Positions 47,357 to 57,337 of a DNA stretch of 64,000 bases are shown in pieces. The translations under genes and the position numbers were made by a program. The stretch covers positions 248,001 to 312,000 of IMG/VR virus record IMGVR_UViG_3300031951_000003, one strand, 5' to 3'. The notes under the pieces were generated by a model. That model was not told the DNA's origin and ran no database searches. It saw nothing but the letters and a program-made list of their open reading frames with translations. Within the stretch, counting starts at the first letter, position 1, and every line of letters begins with the position of its first letter.

Positions 47357-47374
47357 ATCGCAAATGTATGGCTT

Positions 47375-49753
47375 TTATTGAGAAACTTTAGAAATATTTT
47401 CCGTTTTTGAAATTCTAACCACATTATTAGCCCAATTGTTTACCAAAGGATTGTGCGTGATAACAAAAATCTTCTCGAAGTATTCTCTCATCTTAGAAAA
47501 AAACTCCCCTACCATTTCTAAGTTTTCGTTTGAAATCTTACCAAAAACTTCGTCCCATACAATAATGTTTGGTTTTGGTAATGAACACACTTTTGACAAC
47601 ACGGCTCTTAGTGCCATAGCAGCTATCGTTCTTTCATAACCAGACCCTGATGTCATTGGTTTTTCGATTCCAGTTGAATTATCAATCATCATGAATTCTA
47701 CCTCATTTTTATCGTTAATTCTTATTTCAAGATTGAAATAACAAGAATCCATGAGGAGTCTTTGAAGTTCTTGATTGATTAACGGCATCATCGTCTTCAT
47801 TATAATTTTCGAGATACCATTTTTACCAAATACCTCCAAATATATCTTATATATTTTTTCCCTTTCAAACTCCTCGGTAATTGTTTGAATCATTTCGAGA
47901 TTCTTATCGATTTGTTGTTTGAGGTTTTTTATTTGAAGTTGGTTAGATGTTATAGTTCTTTCGTAATCTCTCTTCTCATTAATTAAATCGTCTATCCTCA
48001 TTCCCGCCTTCACTAACTGAGCATCAATATCATTGTTCTTTTTAATCTTATCTTGAACTTCTTCATATCTTGTCAGTTTGTCTTGAGCTTGCTCGAGTTT
48101 AAGTTTCGTAGACTCCAAAGACAATTCATACTTTTCTTTTATGAGTTTGTTTCTTTCATACTCATCAAAGTCTTTTTTCAGTTGGGTGAAAGACTGTTCT
48201 TTTTTTTCTAAATCTCCGATTTCTTTTCTGAATTCCCTGACAAGTTTTTTATATCCTTCTAACTGTTCTATTTTTTTCTTTGTTAGGGATGCCTCCATTA
48301 ATTTGATTCCGCAGTGCTCGCACTGGATTCCATCCCCATACTTTTCTATCAATTCTTGTATTTCTTCAACTTTATTTTCTGCTAACACCAACTCACCATT
48401 TCTCGATTTGATTACATCTTTCACCGCGTCGTGTTGGTCTTCATGATAGAACTCTTTGGGCTCAATAATCTTAACTTCGTTTATTTGAGTTTGAATCGAC
48501 TTAGATGAATTTTTGAAGTTTTCTATTTCTGTCTTGAGAGTATTTGGATTTAGTCTAACAAGTTCTTGGTCTATGTCGTTATGCTTGGATTTAAGAAGAT
48601 TTTCTTTATAATCTTGACCCTTTTGAAGCCTGTTATCAACATCTTTCATTTTTTCCTGAGAATCGATAATTTGACTGTCGAGAACTTTTATTTCTTCATT
48701 TGACTCTGAATTGTTTTGCTTCAAAGTTTCAGTATTATATACATTGGACAACATACCTTTAGAAAAGTCAGAATAAATTTCTTTACCTGTTTCTTCTTTT
48801 TTCTTCAGGAATTCGAGCCCCAAAAATCTACTCAACACTTGTCCACGTGCTGTTGGCTTTGCCTCCAATAAATCCTCTAAATTCGAAGCGGTAGTCACAA
48901 TGGTCATCAAAAAGTCATCGATATTACCTATCGATTTTTTGATGAAGTCCTCAGTCTCTCTCCTTTGTTCACCAGTGAAGTTTTGAAGTTGTCCATCAGC
49001 GAGTTTTTTGAAAAACTCCAATTCAGTTTTAACATTCCATTCTCCTGACTTAGCCTTTTTTCTTTCAATTTGTCTTGCAATAACATATTCCTCACCATCA
49101 ATAACAATTTCACCTCTAACGGTTACTTTGTTTTTGTCAGAAAAACGGTTAAAGATTTCCTCTGCTTTCTGTGTTTTGGTTGTTGAGTTAAAGAATAAGA
49201 ACAATAATAAATCTACCGTCAATACAGTTTTTCCTCCAAAGTTTGGTGGGTCAGATTCAACTACTGTGATACCATTACACTTGTCAAAATCAATTACTTG
49301 ATTTTCCCCGTAAGAAAGAAAGTTACTAAACTCTATCTTTTTGATATACCATCTCTTGAAGGGGGTTACTTCGACCTCATTTATCAACATTCTATTTTCA
49401 ACCGCTAAGTCGATATTCATGACTTGGTCAAAATACTGATGTTGGTTTTTAGATTCCAAGAAATTTCTGACCAACTCTCTGAGATAGTTTTGGTCCATGA
49501 TATTCATGGTAACATCTATAGTTTGCTGGGTATCGTCTGTTGTTTTTACTTTGGTAATTACATTTACGTTTGTTGAGGCATACTTCTTCATGAAGTATTG
49601 CTTAACAGACTTGATTCTTTCTTGTGTAAAATTTTCAGAAGAGTCTTCCCAAATCACTTGAATGTAAGGGTTATCCAAAGCTGAAGTATCGAGTTTGTGT
49701 GACATCTCTTTGTAGTTAAATTCTGGTTTTGGATTGAACAAATCCCATTTCAT
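47375..49753 (-). CDS. sbcC: SbcC/Rad50 (gp46-like) ATPase with N-terminal extension
   Basis: FSNFLSYG, NFGGKT, coiled coils, CEHC hook, SGSGYE, IIVWDE, VITH. Confidence 0.92.
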   Translation of the reverse strand: MKWDLFNPKPEFNYKEMSHKLDTSALDNPYIQVIWEDSSENFTQERIKSVKQYFMKKYASTNVNVITKVKTTDDTQQTIDVTMNIMDQNYLRELVRNFLESKNQHQYFDQVMNIDLAVENRMLINEVEVTPFKRWYIKKIEFSNFLSYGENQVIDFDKCNGITVVESDPPNFGGKTVLTVDLLLFLFFNSTTKTQKAEEIFNRFSDKNKVTVRGEIVIDGEEYVIARQIERKKAKSGEWNVKTELEFFKKLADGQLQNFTGEQRRETEDFIKKSIGNIDDFLMTIVTTASNLEDLLEAKPTARGQVLSRFLGLEFLKKKEETGKEIYSDFSKGMLSNVYNTETLKQNNSESNEEIKVLDSQIIDSQEKMKDVDNRLQKGQDYKENLLKSKHNDIDQELVRLNPNTLKTEIENFKNSSKSIQTQINEVKIIEPKEFYHEDQHDAVKDVIKSRNGELVLAENKVEEIQELIEKYGDGIQCEHCGIKLMEASLTKKKIEQLEGYKKLVREFRKEIGDLEKKEQSFTQLKKDFDEYERNKLIKEKYELSLESTKLKLEQAQDKLTRYEEVQDKIKKNNDIDAQLVKAGMRIDDLINEKRDYERTITSNQLQIKNLKQQIDKNLEMIQTITEEFEREKIYKIYLEVFGKNGISKIIMKTMMPLINQELQRLLMDSCYFNLEIRINDKNEVEFMMIDNSTGIEKPMTSGSGYERTIAAMALRAVLSKVCSLPKPNIIVWDEVFGKISNENLEMVGEFFSKMREYFEKIFVITHNPLVNNWANNVVRISKTENISKVSQ

Positions 49754-49755
49754 TA

Positions 49756-49941
49756 TTATTGAGGTGTTGTTGTTAGACCTGATGTTTGAGCATCTTTCTT
49801 CTTCATTTCCTCTATCTGTAGTTTCATTTGTTCCTCAAACAATTTTTGCATAACATTTTTTTGTGCATTGATTTGAGTGTTTCTTGATTGAACTCTTTTT
49901 CTGTGAGCCTTTGCTCCACCTCTTTTTTTTGACGTTCCCAT
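49756..49941 (-). CDS. small basic protein
   Basis: SKKRGGAKAHRKRV. Confidence 0.7.
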   Translation of the reverse strand: MGTSKKRGGAKAHRKRVQSRNTQINAQKNVMQKLFEEQMKLQIEEMKKKDAQTSGLTTTPQ

Positions 49942-49944
49942 TTT

Positions 49945-50298
49945 TTAATTGTTTTGTTGTGGTCTATTTTGTTCAAACCACTCGATTATTGAATTAATTG
50001 CCCATACAGAACCAGAAGCCAACATCCCATCAAAAAACCACGATACAAATGGTGATACTTCAAGTATAGTATGAACTGGTGAATATAAGAAAATTCCGAA
50101 GAAAAATCCAACCCAAGTTGGTGTGCACATCATACATTTCAACATATCGGATAAGAAAACCCAAAATCCATTGAATAGTGTATGCTCGCTTGCCGCCAAT
50201 TTGTTTATTTTATTTCTCGGTCCGTTGAAAATGCTCCCATAAACCAAGATGTTGCTTATTCCATAAGTCATTATCATCCATAAAATTAATTGTGTCAT
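49945..50298 (-). CDS. DUF1360-like membrane protein
   Basis: LKCMMCTPTWVG motif with TM segments. Confidence 0.65.
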   Translation of the reverse strand: MTQLILWMIMTYGISNILVYGSIFNGPRNKINKLAASEHTLFNGFWVFLSDMLKCMMCTPTWVGFFFGIFLYSPVHTILEVSPFVSWFFDGMLASGSVWAINSIIEWFEQNRPQQNN

Positions 50299-50304
50299 AA
50301 AATA

Positions 50305-51120
50305 TTATTTATAAAGATTATCATCAAGATTCGAGCCCCTCAAGAACATTGCTTTTTTATCTTCTTGGAACTTTTGAATATCTTGAATTGTTTTTTCGTA
50401 TTCTTTTATTTTTTTGTCTTTTTCTATGTTGTCTTGTTTTAGTTTCTGAACTGTATTCTGTAAAGCATCCAGTTTAGGTTGTAAATCCCCTCCTGTGACT
50501 TTTTCAATCACCACTTCTTTGATGACCTCAATTGGAATTTCTTTAGTAACCTCCACTATTTTTTCCTGTATCACAACTTTGTCAACAGGGATTTCTTTTA
50601 CAACTTCAACAATCTTTGGTGGTTGATTTTCCAACTGTTGTATTTTGAACAACAACTCATTTATTTGAGTATCGTCTGAAACTTTTACGATTTTTTCAAT
50701 CACTTTTTCAACAGGCACCTCTTTTACTATTTCTTTGACCACAACTTTTTCAACAGGGATTTCTTTGATTACCTCGACCACATTTTCAACTACCTTTTCA
50801 ATTGGAATTTCTTTTATGACCTCAACAATTTTTTCTACAATAACCTCTTTGATAACTTCGACTGGTTTTTCAATCTCCACATATTCAATTTTGACAACTT
50901 CTTTTTCAATTTCCACCGGTATCTCAACTCTCTTTACAACTTCTTTGATGACTTCTTTTTCGGTCACTTTTGGTCCAGCATTTAACAAACCATATCTTTC
51001 AATGTTGAATCCAGTTGTAAAGGATTCCTTGACAACTGAGCTTATAAGTAAATCGTTGAGATTACAATAAGAAACCAATTCTTTAAGTTCATCTTTGGAA
51101 AGATTAAGTTTAACTTCCAT
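50305..51120 (-). CDS. V/I-E-K-P repeat protein with C-terminal coiled coil
   Basis: Repeats of VEVIKEIPVEKVV. Confidence 0.8.
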   Translation of the reverse strand: MEVKLNLSKDELKELVSYCNLNDLLISSVVKESFTTGFNIERYGLLNAGPKVTEKEVIKEVVKRVEIPVEIEKEVVKIEYVEIEKPVEVIKEVIVEKIVEVIKEIPIEKVVENVVEVIKEIPVEKVVVKEIVKEVPVEKVIEKIVKVSDDTQINELLFKIQQLENQPPKIVEVVKEIPVDKVVIQEKIVEVTKEIPIEVIKEVVIEKVTGGDLQPKLDALQNTVQKLKQDNIEKDKKIKEYEKTIQDIQKFQEDKKAMFLRGSNLDDNLYK

Positions 51121-51121
51121 C

Positions 51122-51901
51122 TTAATAATTAACTAACTTTTCAGTTCCCTTCTCTAAATTATCAATTGAATTAATATAGAATGAAAGGAAAGGTTTAGGG
51201 TTAGGTAAATCAATGAAAGTGTATTCGTCTTTTTCGATTTCGTATACTCCGTATCCGTGTTTCCTTACTGTTTCACCAAAGTTTTGTTGTATAGTGGAAC
51301 CAATCATATAAGCTTTCTTACCACCAGGTATGTCAAATATCTGCCTTTTGTGAATATCGCCACATAGAACTAAATCACACCCTTTGAATTTGTTCGAATC
51401 GAAACCATCCTCAAACTTATAACCAATATCAGTGTATAATCCTTGAACGGGTCCATGAAATAAACCTATATTAATTCTTTCTGACTTTTTTATTTCAGGT
51501 GGAATGTTATGCTCCATGAGAGAGAACACACACCAATTAATATTATCATCCTCATAAACACCTCTGTTTTTGAAATAAGAAATGTTTTCGTTTTTGAGTG
51601 AGTCTATTATCGGTGTCAATGCATCGAGACGAGTGTTGTTGTTTTCCAAAAAATCATGATTACCGATAATTACAATTGTTTTTGTTATTTCAGCACATTG
51701 AGCCAAAACCCAAGCAACAAATTCAACCAATTCAGGTGTCATTTGATTTTTGGAGTGAACCAAGTCACCTGTGAATACAATTCTATCAGGCGCAAGAGCT
51801 TTCCACTCGCTAAGTGCTTGCATCAAAATCCCACGATAAAGTTCGTGGTCTTTGAACAACCTAATATGAAGGTCAGAAAAATGGACTAATTTTTTAATCA
51901 T
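51122..51901 (-). CDS. sbcD: SbcD/Mre11 (gp47-like) nuclease, catalytic domain only
   Basis: SDLH, GDLVH, GNHD, FHG, GDIH metallophosphoesterase motifs. Confidence 0.9.
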   Translation of the reverse strand: MIKKLVHFSDLHIRLFKDHELYRGILMQALSEWKALAPDRIVFTGDLVHSKNQMTPELVEFVAWVLAQCAEITKTIVIIGNHDFLENNNTRLDALTPIIDSLKNENISYFKNRGVYEDDNINWCVFSLMEHNIPPEIKKSERINIGLFHGPVQGLYTDIGYKFEDGFDSNKFKGCDLVLCGDIHKRQIFDIPGGKKAYMIGSTIQQNFGETVRKHGYGVYEIEKDEYTFIDLPNPKPFLSFYINSIDNLEKGTEKLVNY

Positions 51902-52130
51902 TAATTAATGATTTTGTTTCTTCTTCAAATGGATTAAATCCTTTATTAACATGTCCACAACTATCACACTTTGTTACTGAGAAGGGAACATTTGTGTCTT
52001 CTCGGGAACCTGTCATCAGTGCAGGAACTCTTTTTAGAAGTAATACTTCACGGAAAAAAATCCCACCACAGTTCTCACACTTGACGTTGTCACATTGTCT
52101 CAAATCAATTTTTGGGGTTAAATCTTGCAT
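51894..52130 (-). CDS. zinc-ribbon protein
   Basis: CENC...CDSCG. Confidence 0.7.
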   Translation of the reverse strand: MQDLTPKIDLRQCDNVKCENCGGIFFREVLLLKRVPALMTGSREDTNVPFSVTKCDSCGHVNKGFNPFEEETKSLIND

Positions 52131-52161
52131 ACAGTTTTTATTTAAAATATAGTAAAAATTA

Positions 52162-53004
52162 TTATTTATTCAAATATTTTTTGATGTCCATACCCATCAC
52201 AGTTTCGATTACTTTTTTTGGAACTCTGAACTCTTCAAATTGTGTATCTTCTCTGAGATGTGCAATAATACAACCATAAACTTTGATATTTTCATATTTG
52301 GAACCCTTTAACATTTTCAATAAGAGTTTTCCATAAAGAGGTAATTGAACAAAATAATGTCCCAAGGCATTATTCGGTAATTCCTCGAAAGGTTCATACA
52401 TTCTTTCTGTGTAATCATTTTCAAGGAAGTTTTTTGGTTTATTTGTTTTCCAATCTGTAATTAACAATCCGAAGTCATTTTTATTAACATTATGGGTTAA
52501 CCATACTTTATCAGGTTGACCCGTATAACCAAGTTCAGGGTCTCCGAGAACCATCTCGGTATCTAACAATACAACTTCTCTTTGTTCCAATAAATCCAAA
52601 TATCTTTTACCCGCAACTATCATTTTATCACTTTTCATGAGTTGGGTTAAATCGCATTCGAAAACAGGTTTTCTAACCTCTTTATAGGAACCATATCTCT
52701 TAATGGCTTCTTCTTCCAAAACGAAGTGCACTCTACTTCCCAAATTCGTGGAATAAGAACCAGCTGCCGCCCATTCCTCGATAAGTTGTTGTTGTTTTTC
52801 AGGGTCACCACCAGCTTTATTATACGCAGCTTCCTCGGTGGGAAATGGCTTATAAAAATGTTTCAAGACTTTCGAAACTGATGGCCAACTTGTCTTACCA
52901 TCCATTGTGTATATATGTTTTTCTTCTTGGAAAGTAAGACCTAATTCGTCTTGTCTTCGGGAAATTATTTCCCTTAATTCATTGGCTACGTTACTTAATT
53001 TCAT
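52162..53004 (-). CDS. PD-(D/E)xK exonuclease
   Basis: PSVS, GSRVH, E...GQPD...DWKT...QL..Y. Confidence 0.85.
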   Translation of the reverse strand: MKLSNVANELREIISRRQDELGLTFQEEKHIYTMDGKTSWPSVSKVLKHFYKPFPTEEAAYNKAGGDPEKQQQLIEEWAAAGSYSTNLGSRVHFVLEEEAIKRYGSYKEVRKPVFECDLTQLMKSDKMIVAGKRYLDLLEQREVVLLDTEMVLGDPELGYTGQPDKVWLTHNVNKNDFGLLITDWKTNKPKNFLENDYTERMYEPFEELPNNALGHYFVQLPLYGKLLLKMLKGSKYENIKVYGCIIAHLREDTQFEEFRVPKKVIETVMGMDIKKYLNK

Positions 53005-53908
53005 AATAGAATTCTTCGATGTTACCTTTCAAATCACAAACGTCTTTGTCTTTAGGTAATTTAACAATTTTTATTTTATTATACAAACGACCTCCATTCA
53101 GTTCGTGATACATTTTGAGACCGTCATCCCAAGCATCACCATCGACACATATTGTAATATTTCCATTTGCCCTTGTATAAAGGGTTTCGAAAATGAGTTT
53201 ACTCATTTTTTTACCAAGCATCACTAACGGGTTTGGAAGAAAGAATGAGTCAAAGGCACCTTCTACGAGGTATATTTCCTTATCCCAATCAATTAGTTTT
53301 TCATTGAATATGATTTCGTCTTTAGGGACTGAAGCAGGATTTTTGTATTTCATCTTTTTATTAACCCATGCTCTACCAACAAAATAATTCAAGACACCTT
53401 CTTTGTCAAAAGACGGTATAATTACTCTATATGCAAAATCTCCTTGAACCGTATATCCAATCTTATATTTTTCAATCATTTCATCTGATATACCACGAGA
53501 TTGAAGGTATTTGTAAGCTTCAATATGAGGAATGAATCTAGGATTTGAATCTTTAAATAAAGTGAACCCTTCAGGTAGTCTTAATCTGAGTCTTTTTTTA
53601 TCCTCCTGTTTGAACTCTTCGGGTTTGATAAGATTGTAAACTTTCTTTTGTTGTTTTGTTGCATGTCCATCGAAAAGTTTACCCAAGGGTCCGTGTGTTC
53701 CGTGAGTTTCACCACAAGCCCAACATTTGTAAACGTGTCGGATATAGTTAATCTCAAGGTTTCCTTTACCGTCTCCTTTATCCAAACCTTTTTCATCCGC
53801 ACAGACAGGGCAGTCAAAAGATATTTGCCCCTTTGATTCATAGTGCTGATTAGGTTCACCTAAAAAATCACTAAGGAGTTCAACTAAAACCTCTATTTCA
53901 TCACTCAT
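52991..53908 (-). CDS. dnaG: DNA primase (zinc finger plus TOPRIM)
   Basis: CPVC...CWAC, YLQSRGI, RVIIP, KYKNP, LVEGAFD, DGD. Confidence 0.9.
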   Translation of the reverse strand: MSDEIEVLVELLSDFLGEPNQHYESKGQISFDCPVCADEKGLDKGDGKGNLEINYIRHVYKCWACGETHGTHGPLGKLFDGHATKQQKKVYNLIKPEEFKQEDKKRLRLRLPEGFTLFKDSNPRFIPHIEAYKYLQSRGISDEMIEKYKIGYTVQGDFAYRVIIPSFDKEGVLNYFVGRAWVNKKMKYKNPASVPKDEIIFNEKLIDWDKEIYLVEGAFDSFFLPNPLVMLGKKMSKLIFETLYTRANGNITICVDGDAWDDGLKMYHELNGGRLYNKIKIVKLPKDKDVCDLKGNIEEFYYEIK

Positions 53909-54066
53909 ATGTCGATATCTTTAGGTGCTTCTGCCACAACGTGTTTTCTCCACCATTTTTTTACCGGATGATTTTCATCAAAATTTTTTTCTATGAAACC
54001 AGCAAAAATGAAGAAAACGACCGTTATAATAAGAAGCGTGACCCAAATGTAAAAAAATATTATCAT
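53905..54066 (-). CDS. small membrane protein (53 aa)
   Basis: ATGA coupling at both ends; not in the ORF track. Confidence 0.65.
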   Translation of the reverse strand: MIIFFYIWVTLLIITVVFFIFAGFIEKNFDENHPVKKWWRKHVVAEAPKDIDI

Positions 54067-54431
54067 TTCCAAATAATTTTCTTAATCAAATCATAATAGG
54101 GTATTTCAATATCGAAATACTTTAAGTAAGTTTTAACATCAAAAAAAATGTTTCGTCTTATGAATCGATTGACTTTAATTTTTGAAACTCTTCCCCCATT
54201 TGGAAAAACGTCAGTCATGACTGAAGAACTATACCAATCTTTTTTCCTATTATAGTGAACGAAAATTTGCCCTTCGAATATTATATCTACTTCTTCGAGG
54301 TGAGAGTATGAACGGTAGTTTTTGATTGTAAAAGTTCCTTTGAGTTGTGAGTTGGATATGGGTATCTTGTTACCAAATTTTTTTACAACTTTGGAAATTG
54401 ACTTTGTGTGTGGTGTTCTCAACATGTGCAT
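54063..54431 (-). CDS. hypothetical protein
   Basis: Directly behind a host promoter. Confidence 0.7.
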   Translation of the reverse strand: MHMLRTPHTKSISKVVKKFGNKIPISNSQLKGTFTIKNYRSYSHLEEVDIIFEGQIFVHYNRKKDWYSSSVMTDVFPNGGRVSKIKVNRFIRRNIFFDVKTYLKYFDIEIPYYDLIKKIIWK

Positions 54432-54435
54432 ACCA

Positions 54436-54467
54436 CAAAGATATGCTTTGTTCTTTAAATCACCAAA
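54436..54467 (-). promoter_or_regulatory. Bacteroidota sigma-A-type promoter for the replication operon
   Basis: TTTG-N20-TATCTTTG. Confidence 0.75.
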
Positions 54468-55062
54468 TTTCTTTCATCTTCATGTAACCTAGTGCTGCAC
54501 AGTAAGCGTCTGTTTGGTCGAAGTTTTCTTTTTTAAGGGTGTTGTTTTTTGTGTATAACCAAGTAATTTGTGGTTCTCTTTTCGCAATCAACTCCCATAT
54601 GATAACTTTTTTATCTATGTCTTTAGGAAAACCCCCGAACAATACAAATTTACCTTTATCATTTTTCTGAACTAAGTGTGGGAATGCAAATTTTCTTGAG
54701 TTGTAAGTAGACATAAATTCAGGAACTACTCCTAAGATATCATACACTTCTTTACAAATCAAAGTGTTGAACCTCATAAGAGTTCCAACCGTATACACGT
54801 TGTTTGAATTAAGTAGTGGTTCCTCGATAATGACATTTTGGATTCCTAATCCTACATATTCAGAAAGTTTGTTCCTAAAAATGCCCGATTTGAGAATGAG
54901 TTCCTCGATTTTATTTTCACTTTTTGGTTTTGGGACCGGTGAAATATGTGTAAGTTCTAATAAATTTTTTGATTCAATATCAAACAAAGCCCATCCAATA
55001 GTTTTGGTGGACACATCCAATCCTAAAATCTTAGGGGAGTCTTTAACAATATTTTTAGCCAT
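54460..55062 (-). CDS. RuvC-like Holliday junction resolvase
   Basis: ILGLDVSTKTIGWA, VIIEE, DQTDAY. Confidence 0.8.
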   Translation of the reverse strand: MAKNIVKDSPKILGLDVSTKTIGWALFDIESKNLLELTHISPVPKPKSENKIEELILKSGIFRNKLSEYVGLGIQNVIIEEPLLNSNNVYTVGTLMRFNTLICKEVYDILGVVPEFMSTYNSRKFAFPHLVQKNDKGKFVLFGGFPKDIDKKVIIWELIAKREPQITWLYTKNNTLKKENFDQTDAYCAALGYMKMKEIW

Positions 55063-55063
55063 A

Positions 55064-57307
55064 TTAAAAATCTAATTTCACTACGTATTGTTGAATACCT
55101 TGTCTCAATTCGGGAGACTGTAGCTTAGATATAACAATAAGGTCTTTATTGGAATCGTAAAGACCAATTTCGGTAACATATGAAGTAGTTCCACTTGTCC
55201 ATGTTGGGTTAGAAGTGTTAGTGAATTGATTTCTTCCCAAATTTATCAAGTATCTCATCTCATATATTGTTGCCGAAATATCTGTTGTGAAATTACCATA
55301 GAAGTAATACTCATCACCAAAATTCAAATAATCTGTTTGATTGTTTGTTGGAATGTCTATGTAAGAGGCGAGGTTATATATATCACTGTTTGTAACTGCA
55401 CTTTGATACGTTGCCAAATCTATTTGGAATGTTGTGCCTGTCAATCCTGACATTGTAATATATCCATTAACCGATGAACCAGATATTTGGTCTGTAACAT
55501 CAATGTATTTCCAATCAGTTGGACTTGGTCTAGTGTCACCTGAAACCATTTGACAAAGAATCATCAATGAGTTTGCACAATATCCTGTCAGATTAATAGC
55601 CGTAGAAGAAGGTGAAGGTTGATTCAAAAATTGAAACTCTGGTCCGAATCTGACAGCAACATTTTGACTTGTGTCTGTGCAACCTGTTGAAGGTCCAACA
55701 ATTTTCGAATAATAATTACAGTGTAATGAATCAGTAAATCCTGTATTGTTGAATCTATAGGTTACCCAAAGTGTTTGTGTATCAGCAGTAAGTAAACCTG
55801 TGGCGGTTGAGTTGTTCGTGAAACAAGTATTAGGTGCCAAATAAGAAAGTTTAGGTGCTGATAGAGTCCAGTTTCTATTAGCCTTATAAGACATAGCCGC
55901 TATTACCTCCTCATCGTCAATTACAATGGTCTGTGAATCAGGGAAAACCTTGCCAATTCTATTCAAATTACCATTACTATCAGGATTTGTATCCCAAAGA
56001 TGATAATAACGAATACCAGGGTCGTTCATATCAATGTTTTTGGTTGATTTGATATAGTATGGTTTACATAAATCATAACCTGGTGGGTCGATAAAGAATG
56101 TTTGACCAATTGTGTTTCCTGTCGACTTATGCCACATCAAAGTAGGTATTGTAACCTTAAGGTGTCTCGCTAAACCTGTTTGATTCGAAGGGTTCTGTGG
56201 GTCATAAGGAATAGTTGAAAACTTCTCGCCATAAACATGGTCAATATCTTGATTAGTGTAGTGTATGATTGCAATTGCTTTTTGGTCTTGGGGTCTAACA
56301 ACTACTTTCTCATCAAACGAATTGTAATAAAAAACTTGACTTGTATCGGTTTGACCTGAAGGCTCTTGATATCCCAAATATTCTTTAGTCCCGATGTAAG
56401 TTACTGAACCGTATTTTGTATAATCTTCATAAGCGTTACTGAAAAGACCAGCAGGACTTTCTGACCAAGGAATATTCATGTTCCAAATTAAAGTATTTTC
56501 ACGGTTTGAAACATCACATGGTGATTCAAAATTAATAGTGTCAGTCTGCCAATAAGGTGCTGGTGTTATGAAATCATAAAGAACAGTCATACCTGAAGGA
56601 TATATCAGAACTCTTGCATATTCTCCTGATAATGAAAAAGAACTTAAATCTGGAACACTTCTATCTAAGGTAAGTGTCCATGGAGTTGTTCCAGAGGTTC
56701 CTGTTGAAGGGCTTATGTTTTGAATTTTATATGTGAAAACAGGATAGTTACCTACAAAACCTGTAAGTCCTACTCCGAGTATTAATGTAACAAAATCACC
56801 TATTGAGGGTGTTCCTGATGATGGCTCGAGTGTAAGTGGGTTTGTATCTAATTCGATGTCTATCGTTGTTTGACCTGTGAGCGTATCTTGTGCAACCCAA
56901 TAGTTAGAAGTTATTGTATATGCAGATGAAGTTTGTGCCGTCCAACTACCTTGAGTTCCTCCCGTCATGAAAAATCCTTTTTCACCAGCAGAATTATAAA
57001 CTTCTTGAAATGTAGAATCCATGTAAGGTATTCCGTATGTGTTACCGATACCACCCTGAACATAGTAAGGATATTTCACATTTTCTTTGTTGGACTGAGG
57101 GGAACCTGTGTCATTTTGAGCATTGAAATCAGGCATCAAAATGTTATTATTAGTTTGATTATAGTTAGGAACGGCCTGATAATTAACTTCACTATCCCCT
57201 ATTTGGAAATAAGAAATGTTGAAATTCCCTTGTGATATCTTTCTACGACCAACGTCAGTTAATCTTGTGTTAATTAGACCCGAAGTATTTTTAATTATAT
57301 AAGCCAT
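55064..57307 (-). CDS. baseplate/tail structural protein
   Basis: LTDVGRRKI..GNF.I.YF..GDSEV N-terminus and YVTEIGLYD...L..ISKL..P C-terminus typical of tail-fibre anchor proteins. Confidence 0.7.
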   Translation of the reverse strand: MAYIIKNTSGLINTRLTDVGRRKISQGNFNISYFQIGDSEVNYQAVPNYNQTNNNILMPDFNAQNDTGSPQSNKENVKYPYYVQGGIGNTYGIPYMDSTFQEVYNSAGEKGFFMTGGTQGSWTAQTSSAYTITSNYWVAQDTLTGQTTIDIELDTNPLTLEPSSGTPSIGDFVTLILGVGLTGFVGNYPVFTYKIQNISPSTGTSGTTPWTLTLDRSVPDLSSFSLSGEYARVLIYPSGMTVLYDFITPAPYWQTDTINFESPCDVSNRENTLIWNMNIPWSESPAGLFSNAYEDYTKYGSVTYIGTKEYLGYQEPSGQTDTSQVFYYNSFDEKVVVRPQDQKAIAIIHYTNQDIDHVYGEKFSTIPYDPQNPSNQTGLARHLKVTIPTLMWHKSTGNTIGQTFFIDPPGYDLCKPYYIKSTKNIDMNDPGIRYYHLWDTNPDSNGNLNRIGKVFPDSQTIVIDDEEVIAAMSYKANRNWTLSAPKLSYLAPNTCFTNNSTATGLLTADTQTLWVTYRFNNTGFTDSLHCNYYSKIVGPSTGCTDTSQNVAVRFGPEFQFLNQPSPSSTAINLTGYCANSLMILCQMVSGDTRPSPTDWKYIDVTDQISGSSVNGYITMSGLTGTTFQIDLATYQSAVTNSDIYNLASYIDIPTNNQTDYLNFGDEYYFYGNFTTDISATIYEMRYLINLGRNQFTNTSNPTWTSGTTSYVTEIGLYDSNKDLIVISKLQSPELRQGIQQYVVKLDF

Positions 57308-57337
57308 TACGAATAAATATTTGTCATCCTTTTTTTA

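Noticed and set aside
52162-53004. Cas4 or CRISPR-associated nuclease
   Set aside because: Lacks the four-Cys Fe-S motif and sits in a primase/SbcCD operon with no array
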